Assembly (NCBI GenBank): GCA_040388985.1 | Contig: JAZKAU010000002.1 | Location: 52,570 to 116,569 of the forward strand | Origin: Patescibacteria group bacterium | Lineage (GTDB): Bacteria > Patescibacteriota > Minisyncoccia > Phycocordibacterales > Phycocordibacteraceae | Direction of reading: 5' to 3' | DNA length: 64,000 nt | Part shown: piece by piece, positions 27,574 through 36,741 of the stretch | Numbering within the stretch: the stretch's first letter is position 1 | Layout: each line of letters begins with the position of its first letter | Notes under the pieces: model-generated | The model's input: only the letters and a program-made list of their open reading frames with translations | The model's database searches: none | Told to the model about the DNA's origin: nothing | Program-made: the position numbers and the translations under genes

Positions 27574-28347
27574 CTAGTGCGCACTGGTGCCGGGAGGCAC
27601 GGGACGGTCAGGCGTTACGAAGGCGAAGGTGTCGCCCTCCCCTACGGCAAATAGCATGCCGTCGCTCTCAAGACCCTTGAGTTTGCGGGGCGCAAGATTG
27701 GTGACGAATGAGAGTTGGCGACCCACTAATGACTCGGGTTCCGGAACATAGGCGGCGATGCCGGACACTATCTGGCGGGGCGCAGCCTCGCCCACATCTA
27801 TCATCAGACGCAGGAGCTTGTCAGTCTCGGGCACGCGTTCGGCTGAAAGCACGGTTCCGACCTTTACTTCGATTTTCGCGAAGTCGTCGATGGTGATCTT
27901 TGCAGGTGCGGCTTCTGGAGCCTCCGTCTCAGGCTTTGACGGCTCCGGACGCTGCGCCGTGCGTTCAAGGTAACTCGTGAGAATGAGGGCGGCAGCGGAG
28001 GCATCGACATCCGGCGAGCCTTCCATGCGCGTGCCATCCGGGAAGCGTCTGGCTTCCTGGGTCGTATAGGTTTCAGGCTCGTAGTTGATCGGAATGCCTG
28101 TGCGCCCGGCGAGCGCCGTGCCGAGCTCTCGCGCGCTCTGCGCAACGGGATTATCACCGCCTGAAAAATTGCGGGATTCGCCGATAACTACAGCTCCGAC
28201 ATTCTTCTCCTTTATGAGCACCGCGAGTTCATCTGCGAGCTTGGGTGTGGTCGTAAGCACGCCGTGCGGGAATCCCATCTGTCCGGCTTCGTCAGACAGG
28301 GCTATGCCCGTCTTCTTCGTTCCGAAATCTATGCCGATATATTTCAT
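27574..28347 (-). CDS. fusion protein: RuvX/YqgF Holliday-junction-resolvase-like domain + C-terminal tRNA-binding (CsaA/Trbp111/EMAP-like) domain
   Basis: N-terminus MKYIGIDFGTKKTGIALSD...AVVIGE (YqgF/RuvX signature). C-terminus DDFAKIEVKVGTVLSAERVPETDKLLRLMIDVGEA...RQIVSGIAAYV...LVGRQLSFVTNLAPRKLKGLESDGMLFA (OB-fold tRNA-binding domain pattern). Start set to MKYIG ATG (rc 28345-28347). Confidence 0.6.
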   Translation of the reverse strand: MKYIGIDFGTKKTGIALSDEAGQMGFPHGVLTTTPKLADELAVLIKEKNVGAVVIGESRNFSGGDNPVAQSARELGTALAGRTGIPINYEPETYTTQEARRFPDGTRMEGSPDVDASAAALILTSYLERTAQRPEPSKPETEAPEAAPAKITIDDFAKIEVKVGTVLSAERVPETDKLLRLMIDVGEAAPRQIVSGIAAYVPEPESLVGRQLSFVTNLAPRKLKGLESDGMLFAVGEGDTFAFVTPDRPVPPGTSAH

Positions 28348-28413
28348 GTCAGCATAGTACCTTATTCTCTCCTCGTTCGCGCCTACGCACGGATATGCTA
28401 TCCTTGGTCGCAT

Positions 28414-28731
28414 ATGGACGCTATATTCACGCAGTCAGGTCTAGGCGATGCTATCGCTAACCACTTCGGAACGACTACGGTTCTCGTAGCCGTCTTGCTC
28501 GCTGCTGTCACGCTTTGGAGCCTTGCCTGGAAAGGAGTCGCACTCTGGTTCTCGGCACGCAACCACCAGAAGGCCTGGTTCGTCGTCATGCTAATCGTGA
28601 ACACGCTCGGCATCCTCGAGATCATCTATCTCCTCTTCTTCCGTCGCGACAAGCAGCCGGGAGCAACGAAGTCACTCTTCAACAATCCGCTTCCGGACGA
28701 GACTGACGCTGAAGTTGCTTCAGCGCCGTAA
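28414..28731 (+). CDS. hypothetical small membrane protein
   Basis: MDAIFTQSGLGDAIANHFGTTTVLVAVLLAAVTLWSLAWKGVALWF...MLIVNTLGILEIIYLLFF has two TM helices. Start trimmed from ORF-track 28264. Confidence 0.4.
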   Translation: MDAIFTQSGLGDAIANHFGTTTVLVAVLLAAVTLWSLAWKGVALWFSARNHQKAWFVVMLIVNTLGILEIIYLLFFRRDKQPGATKSLFNNPLPDETDAEVASAP

Positions 28732-28737
28732 GCGTAG

Positions 28738-29262
28738 TTGAATGGGGTTCTGGGAGGAGTGCGTGAGTGGTATAATAGGTTAGTGACTGAAAAATACCGA
28801 CGGAATGCAAATACCGCATGCAGGACCTGTCTGAAGCCAATTTATCGAAGACCATCTGAGGTAAAGTCTGGGAAGGTTTTCTGTAGTTCATTGTGCTACG
28901 GAGCGGCAAACCGCAAAGAGAAACCCTGCGTTATTTGTGGGAAACTTATTCTTGCTAGAGCAAATAAGAAGACTTGCAGCCGAGAGTGTGCTAATCGAAA
29001 CCGAGCAGGAATCAAGTACAAGATTGGGCGGCCGCGTGATAAGTCTAATACGATACGCACGATCAAGCTGCATCTCATCAATGAGCGCGGATCGGAATGT
29101 GAACGTTGCGGATACGACAAGCGAGAGATACTACACGTTCATCACAAAGACCGAGATCGCTCGAACAATGAGGTGTCGAATCTTGAGCTCATCTGTCCGA
29201 ATTGCCACTATGAGGAGCATTATCTGGAAAAAAGCTGGCTTGATGGTAGACTGACCTCCTAA
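28738..29262 (+). CDS. HNH endonuclease with N-terminal Cys-rich zinc-ribbon repeats (paralog of 4984-5478)
   Basis: CRTCL...CSSLCY, CVICG...CSREC then HVHHKDRDRSNNEVSNLELICPNCH HNH motif. Ends 4 nt before tRNA-Ser. Confidence 0.8.
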   Translation: MNGVLGGVREWYNRLVTEKYRRNANTACRTCLKPIYRRPSEVKSGKVFCSSLCYGAANRKEKPCVICGKLILARANKKTCSRECANRNRAGIKYKIGRPRDKSNTIRTIKLHLINERGSECERCGYDKREILHVHHKDRDRSNNEVSNLELICPNCHYEEHYLEKSWLDGRLTS

Positions 29263-29266
29263 AGAA

Positions 29267-29352
<86 letters not shown>

Positions 29353-29397
29353 TAAATTAGAGACCAATTTGAAGGAGCAGATCGTCTTATCTAGACA

Positions 29398-29745
29398 ATG
29401 AACACAAACTACAACAGGCTCGCCAATGCAATGGTTTTCCTCCACCTTGTCTGGTTTGCAATAGGTATCGCAGCGTTGCCCTTGGTACTTAGCGTAGCAG
29501 CCTCACAGATTTTTATACGAGTGTTTGTAATCGGCACTGTTCTTTCGTGGATTATCTGGAAGGGTTGTGTCTTTAGAATCTGGGAAAATGACTTTAGGCG
29601 CCGTCACGATACGCGTACAGCGTACCAGGGCACTTTTTCATCTCATTACTTGAAGAGAACCTTTGGAATCTCAGTCCCTGACACCTTAGTAAGAATGAGT
29701 ATTTATATCTATCTCGCCTTGCTTCTACTACTATCGTTACGATAG
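29398..29745 (+). CDS. hypothetical membrane protein
   Basis: ORF with two predicted TM helices (VFLHLVWFAIGIAALPLVLSV, IFIRVFVIGTVLSWIIW). No family assignment. Confidence 0.35.
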   Translation: MNTNYNRLANAMVFLHLVWFAIGIAALPLVLSVAASQIFIRVFVIGTVLSWIIWKGCVFRIWENDFRRRHDTRTAYQGTFSSHYLKRTFGISVPDTLVRMSIYIYLALLLLLSLR

Positions 29746-29824
29746 GCCGACCGAGAGACGGCGCCGACATATGTAGTACTCGCGATTCGGGCTCTTAAAA
29801 TCATGTTTAGGCTACAATGAACGT

Positions 29825-30655
29825 ATGAAAAAGCTTCTGATCATAGCCGATATGGAGGGGATCGCAGGTATCGGGCACGATGATTTCTGGTCGACCATCA
29901 AAGGCCACCCGCTGTATTACCTGAAGCGTCACTTACTTGTCGAGGAAGTGAACGCTGCTATAACTGGCGCTCTGAATGCTGGGTTATGGGCGGAGGAGAT
30001 CGTGGTCGCTGATTGGCATCTCACCAACTATAATTTCTACCAGAATGAACTGCCTCAAGGGGTAACGCTCGTGCGGGCTGGCGAAGAGAAATTCCTGAAA
30101 GAGGGCGCCGAGAAAGTATTTCTCGTGGGGTTTCATGGCGCTGTCGGAACACCACCTCGTCTTGCCCATAGTTTTAGCTATGCGATTAAGGAACTCATCA
30201 TTCATGGCAGTCCTGGAGGAGAGGCAACGATGTGCGCCTATATGGCCGGAAGCGCCGGAGTACCCGTCGCCTTGCTGTCAGGAGATGAGTTCGCTATCAG
30301 CGAGATACGGGACTTGGGAATGGATACCCTATGCATAGATACGAAGAGTCAGAGCAATACGATTTCTCCTGCACAGAAGCATGAAGAAATAACTCGTGCT
30401 TCAGAAGAGGTTTTCACCAAGAATATCCAGCCGCTCTTTTCTCCATCGCCATTCGTCGTCAAGTTTTCTTTCAAGTCTGCCAGCATGGCGCGACATCTTC
30501 CGAAAGAGTACTTTACCCGTCGAGAAGGCGAGTATTTCGTAATCGAAACGTCAACGGCGTACGAAGCGTACGAGGCCTTCCATATAAAAGTAGGCTCTTA
30601 TATGCGAAGCAGGTTTCTCGGCCATCGACTCCTGTCCATGTTCGAACGAACGTAG
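29825..30655 (+). CDS. peptidase M55 / D-aminopeptidase DppA-like
   Basis: N-terminus MKKLLIIADMEGIAGIGHDDFW matches the DppA (M55) start (MKxYxSxDMEGIxGx). GFHGAVGTP block. Confidence 0.6.
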   Translation: MKKLLIIADMEGIAGIGHDDFWSTIKGHPLYYLKRHLLVEEVNAAITGALNAGLWAEEIVVADWHLTNYNFYQNELPQGVTLVRAGEEKFLKEGAEKVFLVGFHGAVGTPPRLAHSFSYAIKELIIHGSPGGEATMCAYMAGSAGVPVALLSGDEFAISEIRDLGMDTLCIDTKSQSNTISPAQKHEEITRASEEVFTKNIQPLFSPSPFVVKFSFKSASMARHLPKEYFTRREGEYFVIETSTAYEAYEAFHIKVGSYMRSRFLGHRLLSMFERT

Positions 30656-30744
30656 AGATTGGCTACTGCTTCAAGTAGTGCGCCGTGCACAGAAATAGTG
30701 TCTTCCCCGGCTCTACCTGACCACGGTCAGGGTATACTTTCATC

Positions 30745-31926
30745 ATGAAAATCAGGCGTGTGTATATCGGAGGATGGTTTCAGCGGACGACGCTTCACCT
30801 TTCCGAGATCTATGACTTCCTGCGCGAAGGAACGTCGGGACTTGAACTTGATCCGAAGAAGCTGAAGAGCCTCCAGAAGGCACTCGCTATCAAGTCGGTA
30901 GAACTGAAAGTCGACGGACTCGAACACATCGAGCTGGTGAGCTCGAACGGCATATCGCTCAAGGTGCACGAAGACGGCCTTATCGTGTTGCGGCGCGACT
31001 ATGGCATAGGCGACAACCTATCCGCTGACATCAAGATACTGACCGAATACTACGAGAAGAAGCTGTCGCCGGCCTTCAGTTATATCTTCAGCCTCGGCGC
31101 TCCGGTTCCGAAAGAGCTCGCGAACATAAAGACGGTGTATCCCTACTTCGTCGTCGTCGAAGACACGACGCGCGAGGAGATCACGAAGCTGATGGAGTCG
31201 TTCAAGGAGAAGAAATACTTCGAGGTTACGGGTAAGCGGTTCGACCTGTTCCGTGGTGACAAGTTCTACATCGTGGATATGAAGGAGGACCTCGGTCATT
31301 GCGAACGCTTCATCGAGGAGCAGATATTCCTGCGCGAATTCAAGGGACAGCTCCACCGCTATCTGAACCTGCACCGCATCATCTGGGAACGTATCGCGCA
31401 GGTGAAAGAACGAGGGAATATCAAGGGCGCCGATATCGGCGAATTCCGCGATAAGGTACAGGGATATGCCAAGACCATCAACCTCATCGAGGCGCGCATC
31501 AATCAGATGGGCACCTATCTGCACACGCGCGAACGCATCGTGAAGAGCGACGAGAATCTGACCAGTTTCCTCTCCTTGCTCGAATACCGGTACGAGACGC
31601 TCGGCGATACGCTCGACTACCTGAAGCAGATCTGGACTATGACGAAGAATTACGTGAACTCCGCGCTTGATCTCTTCTCGAGCCTCCAGGCGCAAGCAAC
31701 GCAGAACTCGGTCAAGAATCTCACCGTCGTTACGTCCATGGGCGTGGGCGCCACTCTCATCGGACTTTTCACTACTGACTCGATACCGAAATTCACGATG
31801 TTCGGCATAGCGTACTTCCTGGCGCTCGCGGCTATCGGCTATTTCGCGAACAAGACAACGAACTGGTTCTACGCGCGCAAGGCCTACAACATCTCGGACA
31901 TCGACTACGACAAGGACATCAAGTAG
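30745..31926 (+). CDS. hypothetical protein with C-terminal transmembrane helices
   Basis: 393-aa ORF. Soluble N-terminal region, two C-terminal TM segments (LTVVTSMGVGATLIGLF, FTMFGIAYFLALAAIGYF). Confidence 0.45.
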   Translation: MKIRRVYIGGWFQRTTLHLSEIYDFLREGTSGLELDPKKLKSLQKALAIKSVELKVDGLEHIELVSSNGISLKVHEDGLIVLRRDYGIGDNLSADIKILTEYYEKKLSPAFSYIFSLGAPVPKELANIKTVYPYFVVVEDTTREEITKLMESFKEKKYFEVTGKRFDLFRGDKFYIVDMKEDLGHCERFIEEQIFLREFKGQLHRYLNLHRIIWERIAQVKERGNIKGADIGEFRDKVQGYAKTINLIEARINQMGTYLHTRERIVKSDENLTSFLSLLEYRYETLGDTLDYLKQIWTMTKNYVNSALDLFSSLQAQATQNSVKNLTVVTSMGVGATLIGLFTTDSIPKFTMFGIAYFLALAAIGYFANKTTNWFYARKAYNISDIDYDKDIK

Positions 31927-31952
31927 TGACGGTGGCGCGCTTCGCGCGCCAC

Positions 31953-33128
31953 CTATTTTCGTCCCGTAAGCGCAAAGGCGTAGCGCAAGCCCCAAAGCAT
32001 CAGTACCGCAAGGATGAGGAAGCTCCACCTTAACGATATGGCTTGGAGCGCGAGCGAAGCGACTATAGCTGCCGCTATGTAGGTTGCCGGACGAGCGGCA
32101 CGGAAAAGGCTTATGGTATCAGCCAACGCGCCGTCTACATGCCTGAAGAAGTAGCTCTCGGTAGCAATCTCGGTGCATGCGGCGCCGATACGGCTCACGA
32201 AAAGGACAGCGGTCCAGAGTACGAACGATGGCGCGGTCAGGAACGGGATGACGGCGACGGCGCCCGCCATGAGCAGGAAGCCGACGATCATGATGAACTT
32301 CTCCGGCAGCTTCGTGTCGCTCATGCGCCCGAGCGGCAATTCGAGCAGCAGGAATGGCAGCAGCATGATGGCGAACATCGTACCTATCTGCGGCCAGGTG
32401 AATCCTATGTAGTTCGAAAGATAGAGCGGCGTATAAATGACCATCCATGCGTAGAAGAAGCGGAGGAGGAACTGGGCGACGACGACATGGTAGAGGGTCT
32501 GGTGCTTGAAGACATAGAGCGCGCTCTGCCAGAGCGTGCGCGGATGATAGCGGGCGTCATCGAACTTCCGGAGGTAGCCGACTATGGTTATGACTGCGGC
32601 GAACAGGAATGCGAGGGAGATGGTGTAGACCCGCCAGTATTCGTTGGCGATGAGCAGGAAGCCCACCAGAAACGGGCAGAGCACTTGCGTAATGTTCTGC
32701 ATGCTGAGGAACATGCCGCGTATGCCGCCGGTCGCTCCCTCATCCTTTATGGATTTCTCGAGGAAGATATCGAGATTGAGGTAAATGACCGGCGAGACAG
32801 CGATGAACAGGACGAAGGCCGCGATGACGACGTGGCCGCGACCGAAGCCCAAGCCCAGGAGCGCGAGCGCCTCGAGCGCGATATAGATAAGGATCAGGCG
32901 ATAGTTGCCGATGCGCTGCACCGCGCTCGCGAAGAAGGAGAAGAGACCGACGCTCACTATCGAGCCGATGATGTAGAGGAGGCTCAGACGCTCCGCATTC
33001 ACGTATGCGGAGAGGAATGTCGACGTTATGTATATGACGAGGAAATAGTGGAAGGAGACGAGAAGATTCGAAACGTATATGGCTATCCTTCCGGTTCCGG
33101 GCGCGCGCGATGACATGATGCTGAGCAT
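31953..33128 (-). CDS. MFS-type transporter
   Basis: 391 aa, about 12 predicted TM helices, two-halves architecture. Confidence 0.6.
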   Translation of the reverse strand: MLSIMSSRAPGTGRIAIYVSNLLVSFHYFLVIYITSTFLSAYVNAERLSLLYIIGSIVSVGLFSFFASAVQRIGNYRLILIYIALEALALLGLGFGRGHVVIAAFVLFIAVSPVIYLNLDIFLEKSIKDEGATGGIRGMFLSMQNITQVLCPFLVGFLLIANEYWRVYTISLAFLFAAVITIVGYLRKFDDARYHPRTLWQSALYVFKHQTLYHVVVAQFLLRFFYAWMVIYTPLYLSNYIGFTWPQIGTMFAIMLLPFLLLELPLGRMSDTKLPEKFIMIVGFLLMAGAVAVIPFLTAPSFVLWTAVLFVSRIGAACTEIATESYFFRHVDGALADTISLFRAARPATYIAAAIVASLALQAISLRWSFLILAVLMLWGLRYAFALTGRK

Positions 33129-33254
33129 AGCACGCTGTCCTCAGGTATGAAGAGAGAGACTTGTCAGAAAAGCTACTCCCTCTTCCTCCTATTGAGTTCA
33201 CAGTACGCGCATACGTGCCGTATCGTTGCTGGAATCGGGTGCTATCATGGCTGC

Positions 33255-33728
33255 ATGCCCCGAGAACCGCTCTTTAGCTGGGAAGGACAGGAATACTCGT
33301 TCGAGGAACGCGGTGCTGACTGGTATTGGGCGCTCGGAATCATCACGATTGCCGCAGTACTCGTCGCGATCCTCTTCAGTAACATCCTCCTTGCGCTCGT
33401 CATCCTTGCGGGCGCCGCCACCGTCGCACTCCAGGCGGCTAAGCACCGCCGCACGCACCGCTTCGCTATCTACGAGAATGGTCTCGCTATAGACGATAAC
33501 CTGTATCTATTCACCGACATGCAGGACTTCGCCATCCTCGAGTACCTCGACGAGACGCTGCCGCCTGCCCTTTCCATAAAGACCAATCATATCTTCGCGC
33601 CGCATCTCCTCGTCCCGATACACGACTATGATCCGATGGATGTCTACGACTATGTCTCGATACATCTTCCTGAGGGAATGCACGAGGAGACGCTGCTCGA
33701 TCGTCTGATAGCGCTTCTGCGATTCTGA
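33255..33728 (+). CDS. hypothetical membrane-anchored protein
   Basis: MPREPLFSWEGQEYSFEERGADWYWALGIITIAAVLVAILF... Start set to internal ATG 33255. Confidence 0.4.
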   Translation: MPREPLFSWEGQEYSFEERGADWYWALGIITIAAVLVAILFSNILLALVILAGAATVALQAAKHRRTHRFAIYENGLAIDDNLYLFTDMQDFAILEYLDETLPPALSIKTNHIFAPHLLVPIHDYDPMDVYDYVSIHLPEGMHEETLLDRLIALLRF

Positions 33729-33773
33729 TCAGGCTTGCGAATAGGCGCTAAGAACGGTACAGTCGGAAACGAC

Positions 33774-33845
33774 GCTCTCGTCGTTCAATGGATAGGACGC
33801 GACCTTGCGGAGGTCGTAATGATGGTTCGATTCCATCCGAGAGCA
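33774..33845 (+). tRNA. tRNA-Arg (GCG)
   Basis: Acceptor GCTCTCG/CGAGAGC, D-arm GTTC-AATGGATA-GGAC, anticodon stem CGACC/GGTCG, loop TTGCGGA (GCG), T-arm GATGG-TTCGATT-CCATC, discriminator A. Confidence 0.75.
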
Positions 33846-33852
33846 CCTTAGA

Positions 33853-33893
33853 AAGACAAAGGCCGCCACGTATGTGACGGCCTTTGTCTTTGG
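33853..33893 (+). terminator. terminator hairpin after tRNA-Arg(GCG)
   Basis: AAGACAAAGGCCG-loop-CGGCCTTTGTCTT, 13-bp stem with T-rich 3' side. Confidence 0.5.
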
Positions 33894-33902
33894 AGCGGAA
33901 CA

Positions 33903-34193
33903 CTATCTCATATGGAATACCGCCATGTCGCTGCGGCCGTTGGGATGATGCATAGTCGTGTGCAGCTCATTCCCACGTATCTCGAACCACGGATGTGCCT
34001 GCCTGCCGTCAGGATGATGCATGGTCGTGTACACCTTGGTGCCTCTGATCTCGTAGTCAGGGAGAGGCTTACGGCCAGCTGGGTTGTAGATGGTTGAATA
34101 GATGTGGCTCCCTCGTACTTCATACTGCGGATGCAGCGTATCGGCACCATGGGCACCGTAATGCGAGGTATATATCTTTGCGTTCGTCAGCAT
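33903..34193 (-). CDS. His-rich mini-protein with three internal ~23-aa repeats (E[VI]RG...TT[IM][YH][NH]P[ADN]GR)
   Basis: 96 aa. Units PQYEVRGSHIYSTIYNPAGRKPL / PDYEIRGTKVYTTMHHPDGRQAH / PWFEIRGNELHTTMHHPNGRSDM. The three units are conserved at protein level but diverged at DNA level, which suggests purifying selection. Confidence 0.5.
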   Translation of the reverse strand: MLTNAKIYTSHYGAHGADTLHPQYEVRGSHIYSTIYNPAGRKPLPDYEIRGTKVYTTMHHPDGRQAHPWFEIRGNELHTTMHHPNGRSDMAVFHMR

Positions 34194-34252
34194 ATGCGTA
34201 TATTAGACTCGTCATGCCATTATACCCCCGAGATGCTATAGTCCTCTACGAC

Positions 34253-34324
34253 GCTCTCGTCGTTCAATGGATAGGACACTTCCCTCCGAAGGAAGAAATG
34301 CTGGTTCGATTCCAACCGAGAGCA
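34253..34324 (+). tRNA. tRNA-Arg (CCG)
   Basis: Same acceptor and D-arm as 33774-33845 (GCTCTCGTCGTTCAATGGATAGGAC). Anticodon stem CTTCC/GGAAG, loop CTCCGAA (CCG), T-arm GCTGG-TTCGATT-CCAAC (one mismatch). Confidence 0.7.
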
Positions 34325-34334
34325 CCGGCATAAA

Positions 34335-34378
34335 AGAGAAAACCGCCGGCCCCTAGGGGCCGGCGGTTTTCTCTTTAC
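34335..34378. terminator. bidirectional terminator (tRNA-Arg(CCG) / rpsT)
   Basis: AGAGAAAACCGCCGGCCCC-TAG-GGGCCGGCGGTTTTCTCT is a 19-bp near-perfect palindrome with U-runs on both strands. Overlaps the rpsT stop codon. Confidence 0.6.
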
Positions 34379-34647
34379 GCTTTCTTCGTCGCTGCGCGCT
34401 TCACGTTCGCGGCAAGACGGGATTTCTTGCGACTCGCCGTATTCTTCTTGATGACTCCGCGCTTGGCGGCCTTATCGATTGCCTTGTACGCGGCCGAGAG
34501 GGACTCCCGTGCCTTCGCTGCGTCGGTCGTAATCGCCTTGGCGACGTCCTTGGTTGCGGAAGTAAGGACACGCTTGCGGCGCAGGTTGAATACGTGCTTC
34601 TTAAGCGACGCGCGCTGTGCCTTCTTTGCTGAAGTGGTAATAGCCAT
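34375..34647 (-). CDS. rpsT: 30S ribosomal protein S20
   Basis: MAITTSAKKAQRASLKKHVFNLRRKR... is the canonical S20. Start set to MAITT ATG. Confidence 0.85.
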   Translation of the reverse strand: MAITTSAKKAQRASLKKHVFNLRRKRVLTSATKDVAKAITTDAAKARESLSAAYKAIDKAAKRGVIKKNTASRKKSRLAANVKRAATKKA

Positions 34648-34769
34648 ATGTGAGAGCATCGTACGCTAGAGAGCCCGTTCCTGCAAGCGGCTCGAGGCTC
34701 TGCCTGTGCCGCCTCGTCCCTGCTTATGCCGCCGTATTAAGGAAGACGTGCACCTGCTAGAATGACCCT

Positions 34770-35321
34770 ATGATCCGACAGATACGCGGCACGGTACTTA
34801 GCAATGAGCCGGGCGGCACCATCGTTGACGTGGGCGGTTGGGGCGTCTTCGTCTATATGGGCACGAGCGACATGCCGGTACCCGGCAGCCAAGTCTCTCT
34901 TCTCACCTATCTGGCCGTGACACAGAACGGCATCGACCTCTACGGCTTCACAGATCCCCTAGACCGCCGCTTCTTCGAGCAGCTCCTCACGGTTTCGGGC
35001 GTCGGTCCCAAGACCGCGCTCTCAATCTTGAATCGCGCTCCGCGCGAGGCGCTTGAAGGCGCGATAGCAAAGCGAGATATCTCGTATCTGACGCGCGTAG
35101 TAGGGCTCGGGAAGAAAGCTGCGGAAAAGCTCGCCGTCGAGCTTTCCGAGAAGATGGAACTTGGTAACGCTCCGCATGACGGCGCGGACGCGGAAGTCTT
35201 CGATACGCTCGTCGCTCTCGGCTATACCGAACGCGAGGCGCGCAAGGCGCTTGCGGGTATTCCGCTCCATGTTTCCGGGCGCGACGCGCGGCTTAAGGCC
35301 GCGCTCAGTAACGGTTCCTAG
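34770..35321 (+). CDS. ruvA: Holliday junction DNA helicase RuvA
   Basis: MIRQIRGTV...; HhH motif region LLTVSGVGPKTALSIL. 183 aa. Confidence 0.85.
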   Translation: MIRQIRGTVLSNEPGGTIVDVGGWGVFVYMGTSDMPVPGSQVSLLTYLAVTQNGIDLYGFTDPLDRRFFEQLLTVSGVGPKTALSILNRAPREALEGAIAKRDISYLTRVVGLGKKAAEKLAVELSEKMELGNAPHDGADAEVFDTLVALGYTEREARKALAGIPLHVSGRDARLKAALSNGS

Positions 35322-35328
35322 TTTTCCT

Positions 35329-36597
35329 ATGTATCGACTCATCAACATCGTCGTCGGTATCCTGAAATCCATACTTCCGGACTGGCTCGTCCGTCCGCTT
35401 CTTCCCTTCTATCACCGGGTCCTGGCCTTCCTCCTCGCCTTTTCCTACGGTTTCCCAGCGCGCGGACTCACGGTCATCGGCGTCACCGGCACCAAGGGGA
35501 AATCATCTGTGTCCGACATGCTTTTCACCGTCCTGCGTCATGCGGGATATGCAGCGGCGGTCGCAGGCACGATACGATTCGCGATCAACGACGAATCGGA
35601 ACCGAACCTCTATAAGATGACGATGCCGGGTCGCGGCTTCATCCACTCCTTCCTGGCGCGCGCGCGGAAGGCGCACTGCACGCATGCGGTCGTAGAGATT
35701 ACGAGCGAGAGCGTTCGCCAATATCGCCATACGTACCTATATCTCAACGCCCTCATCTTCACGAATCTCCAGAAAGAGCATATCGAGTCTCACGGCTCTT
35801 TCGAGAATTATGCAGCGGCTAAGCTTGAGATAGGCAAGGAGCTCGCACGCTCGCCCAAACGTCCGCGCGCGATCATTGCAAACGCAGACAACCCGCATAG
35901 CGGTCCCTTCCTCGCGCTTCCCGTAGAGGATGTTCGTCCCTTCTCATATGGCGAGGCGAGGGACGTGAAGCTCGGTCCGGGCGCAGCGACGTTTACGTAC
36001 GAGAGCGTACCCTTCAGCCTCCACTTGCCGGGCAGCTTCAGCATCATGAATGCGCTGGCTGTAATAAAGGCTGCGCAATTCGTGGGAGTGCCGCTTCCGA
36101 CCATCAGCGATGCGCTCGCGCAGCTCAAGCGCATCCCCGGACGCACTGAGCGCATCGATGAAGGTCAGGACTTCCAGGCGATAGTTGACTACGCCCATAC
36201 GCCCGATTCCCTTTCCGCGCTCTACGAAGCGTATCCGGTCCGGAAGATATGCGTGCTCGGTAACACCGGTGGCGGGCGCGACACGTGGAAGCGGCCGGAG
36301 ATGGGTACGATCGCGGACGAGTCCTGCGACGAGGTCATCCTTACGAACGAAGACCCATATGACGAGGACCCTCGCGCGATTCTGGACGCCATGGCCGCCG
36401 GCATGAAGCGGACTCCGCGCATCATCATGGACAGGCGCGAAGCCATCGCGGCCGCGCTCGCGCTCGCGCGTCCGGGCGACGCCGTACTTATCACCGGCAA
36501 GGGTACCGATCCGTACATAATGGAAGCGAATGGCAAGAAGACGCCCTGGAGCGACGCTCGGGTAGTATCTGAAGAACTGAAAAAGCTGGGGATCTAG
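35329..36597 (+). CDS. Mur ligase family protein (MurE/MurT-like; exact specificity unclear)
   Basis: ATP-binding P-loop IGVTGTKGKSS typical of Mur ligases. N-terminal TM-like segment. Start set to ATG 35329 after the ruvA stop. Confidence 0.55.
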   Translation: MYRLINIVVGILKSILPDWLVRPLLPFYHRVLAFLLAFSYGFPARGLTVIGVTGTKGKSSVSDMLFTVLRHAGYAAAVAGTIRFAINDESEPNLYKMTMPGRGFIHSFLARARKAHCTHAVVEITSESVRQYRHTYLYLNALIFTNLQKEHIESHGSFENYAAAKLEIGKELARSPKRPRAIIANADNPHSGPFLALPVEDVRPFSYGEARDVKLGPGAATFTYESVPFSLHLPGSFSIMNALAVIKAAQFVGVPLPTISDALAQLKRIPGRTERIDEGQDFQAIVDYAHTPDSLSALYEAYPVRKICVLGNTGGGRDTWKRPEMGTIADESCDEVILTNEDPYDEDPRAILDAMAAGMKRTPRIIMDRREAIAAALALARPGDAVLITGKGTDPYIMEANGKKTPWSDARVVSEELKKLGI

Positions 36598-36741
36598 ACC
36601 GTATCTATAAAAGCTTCGGATGCGAGGCGCGGGTAGACGAAGAATGCAGGCGTACTGAACGTACGACGGAGTGATGAGTCGGGACCCGCAACAAAGCAGA
36701 TGAGGTTTTTAGACACGGTCTAGGGCTGGTACTATGGCAAT

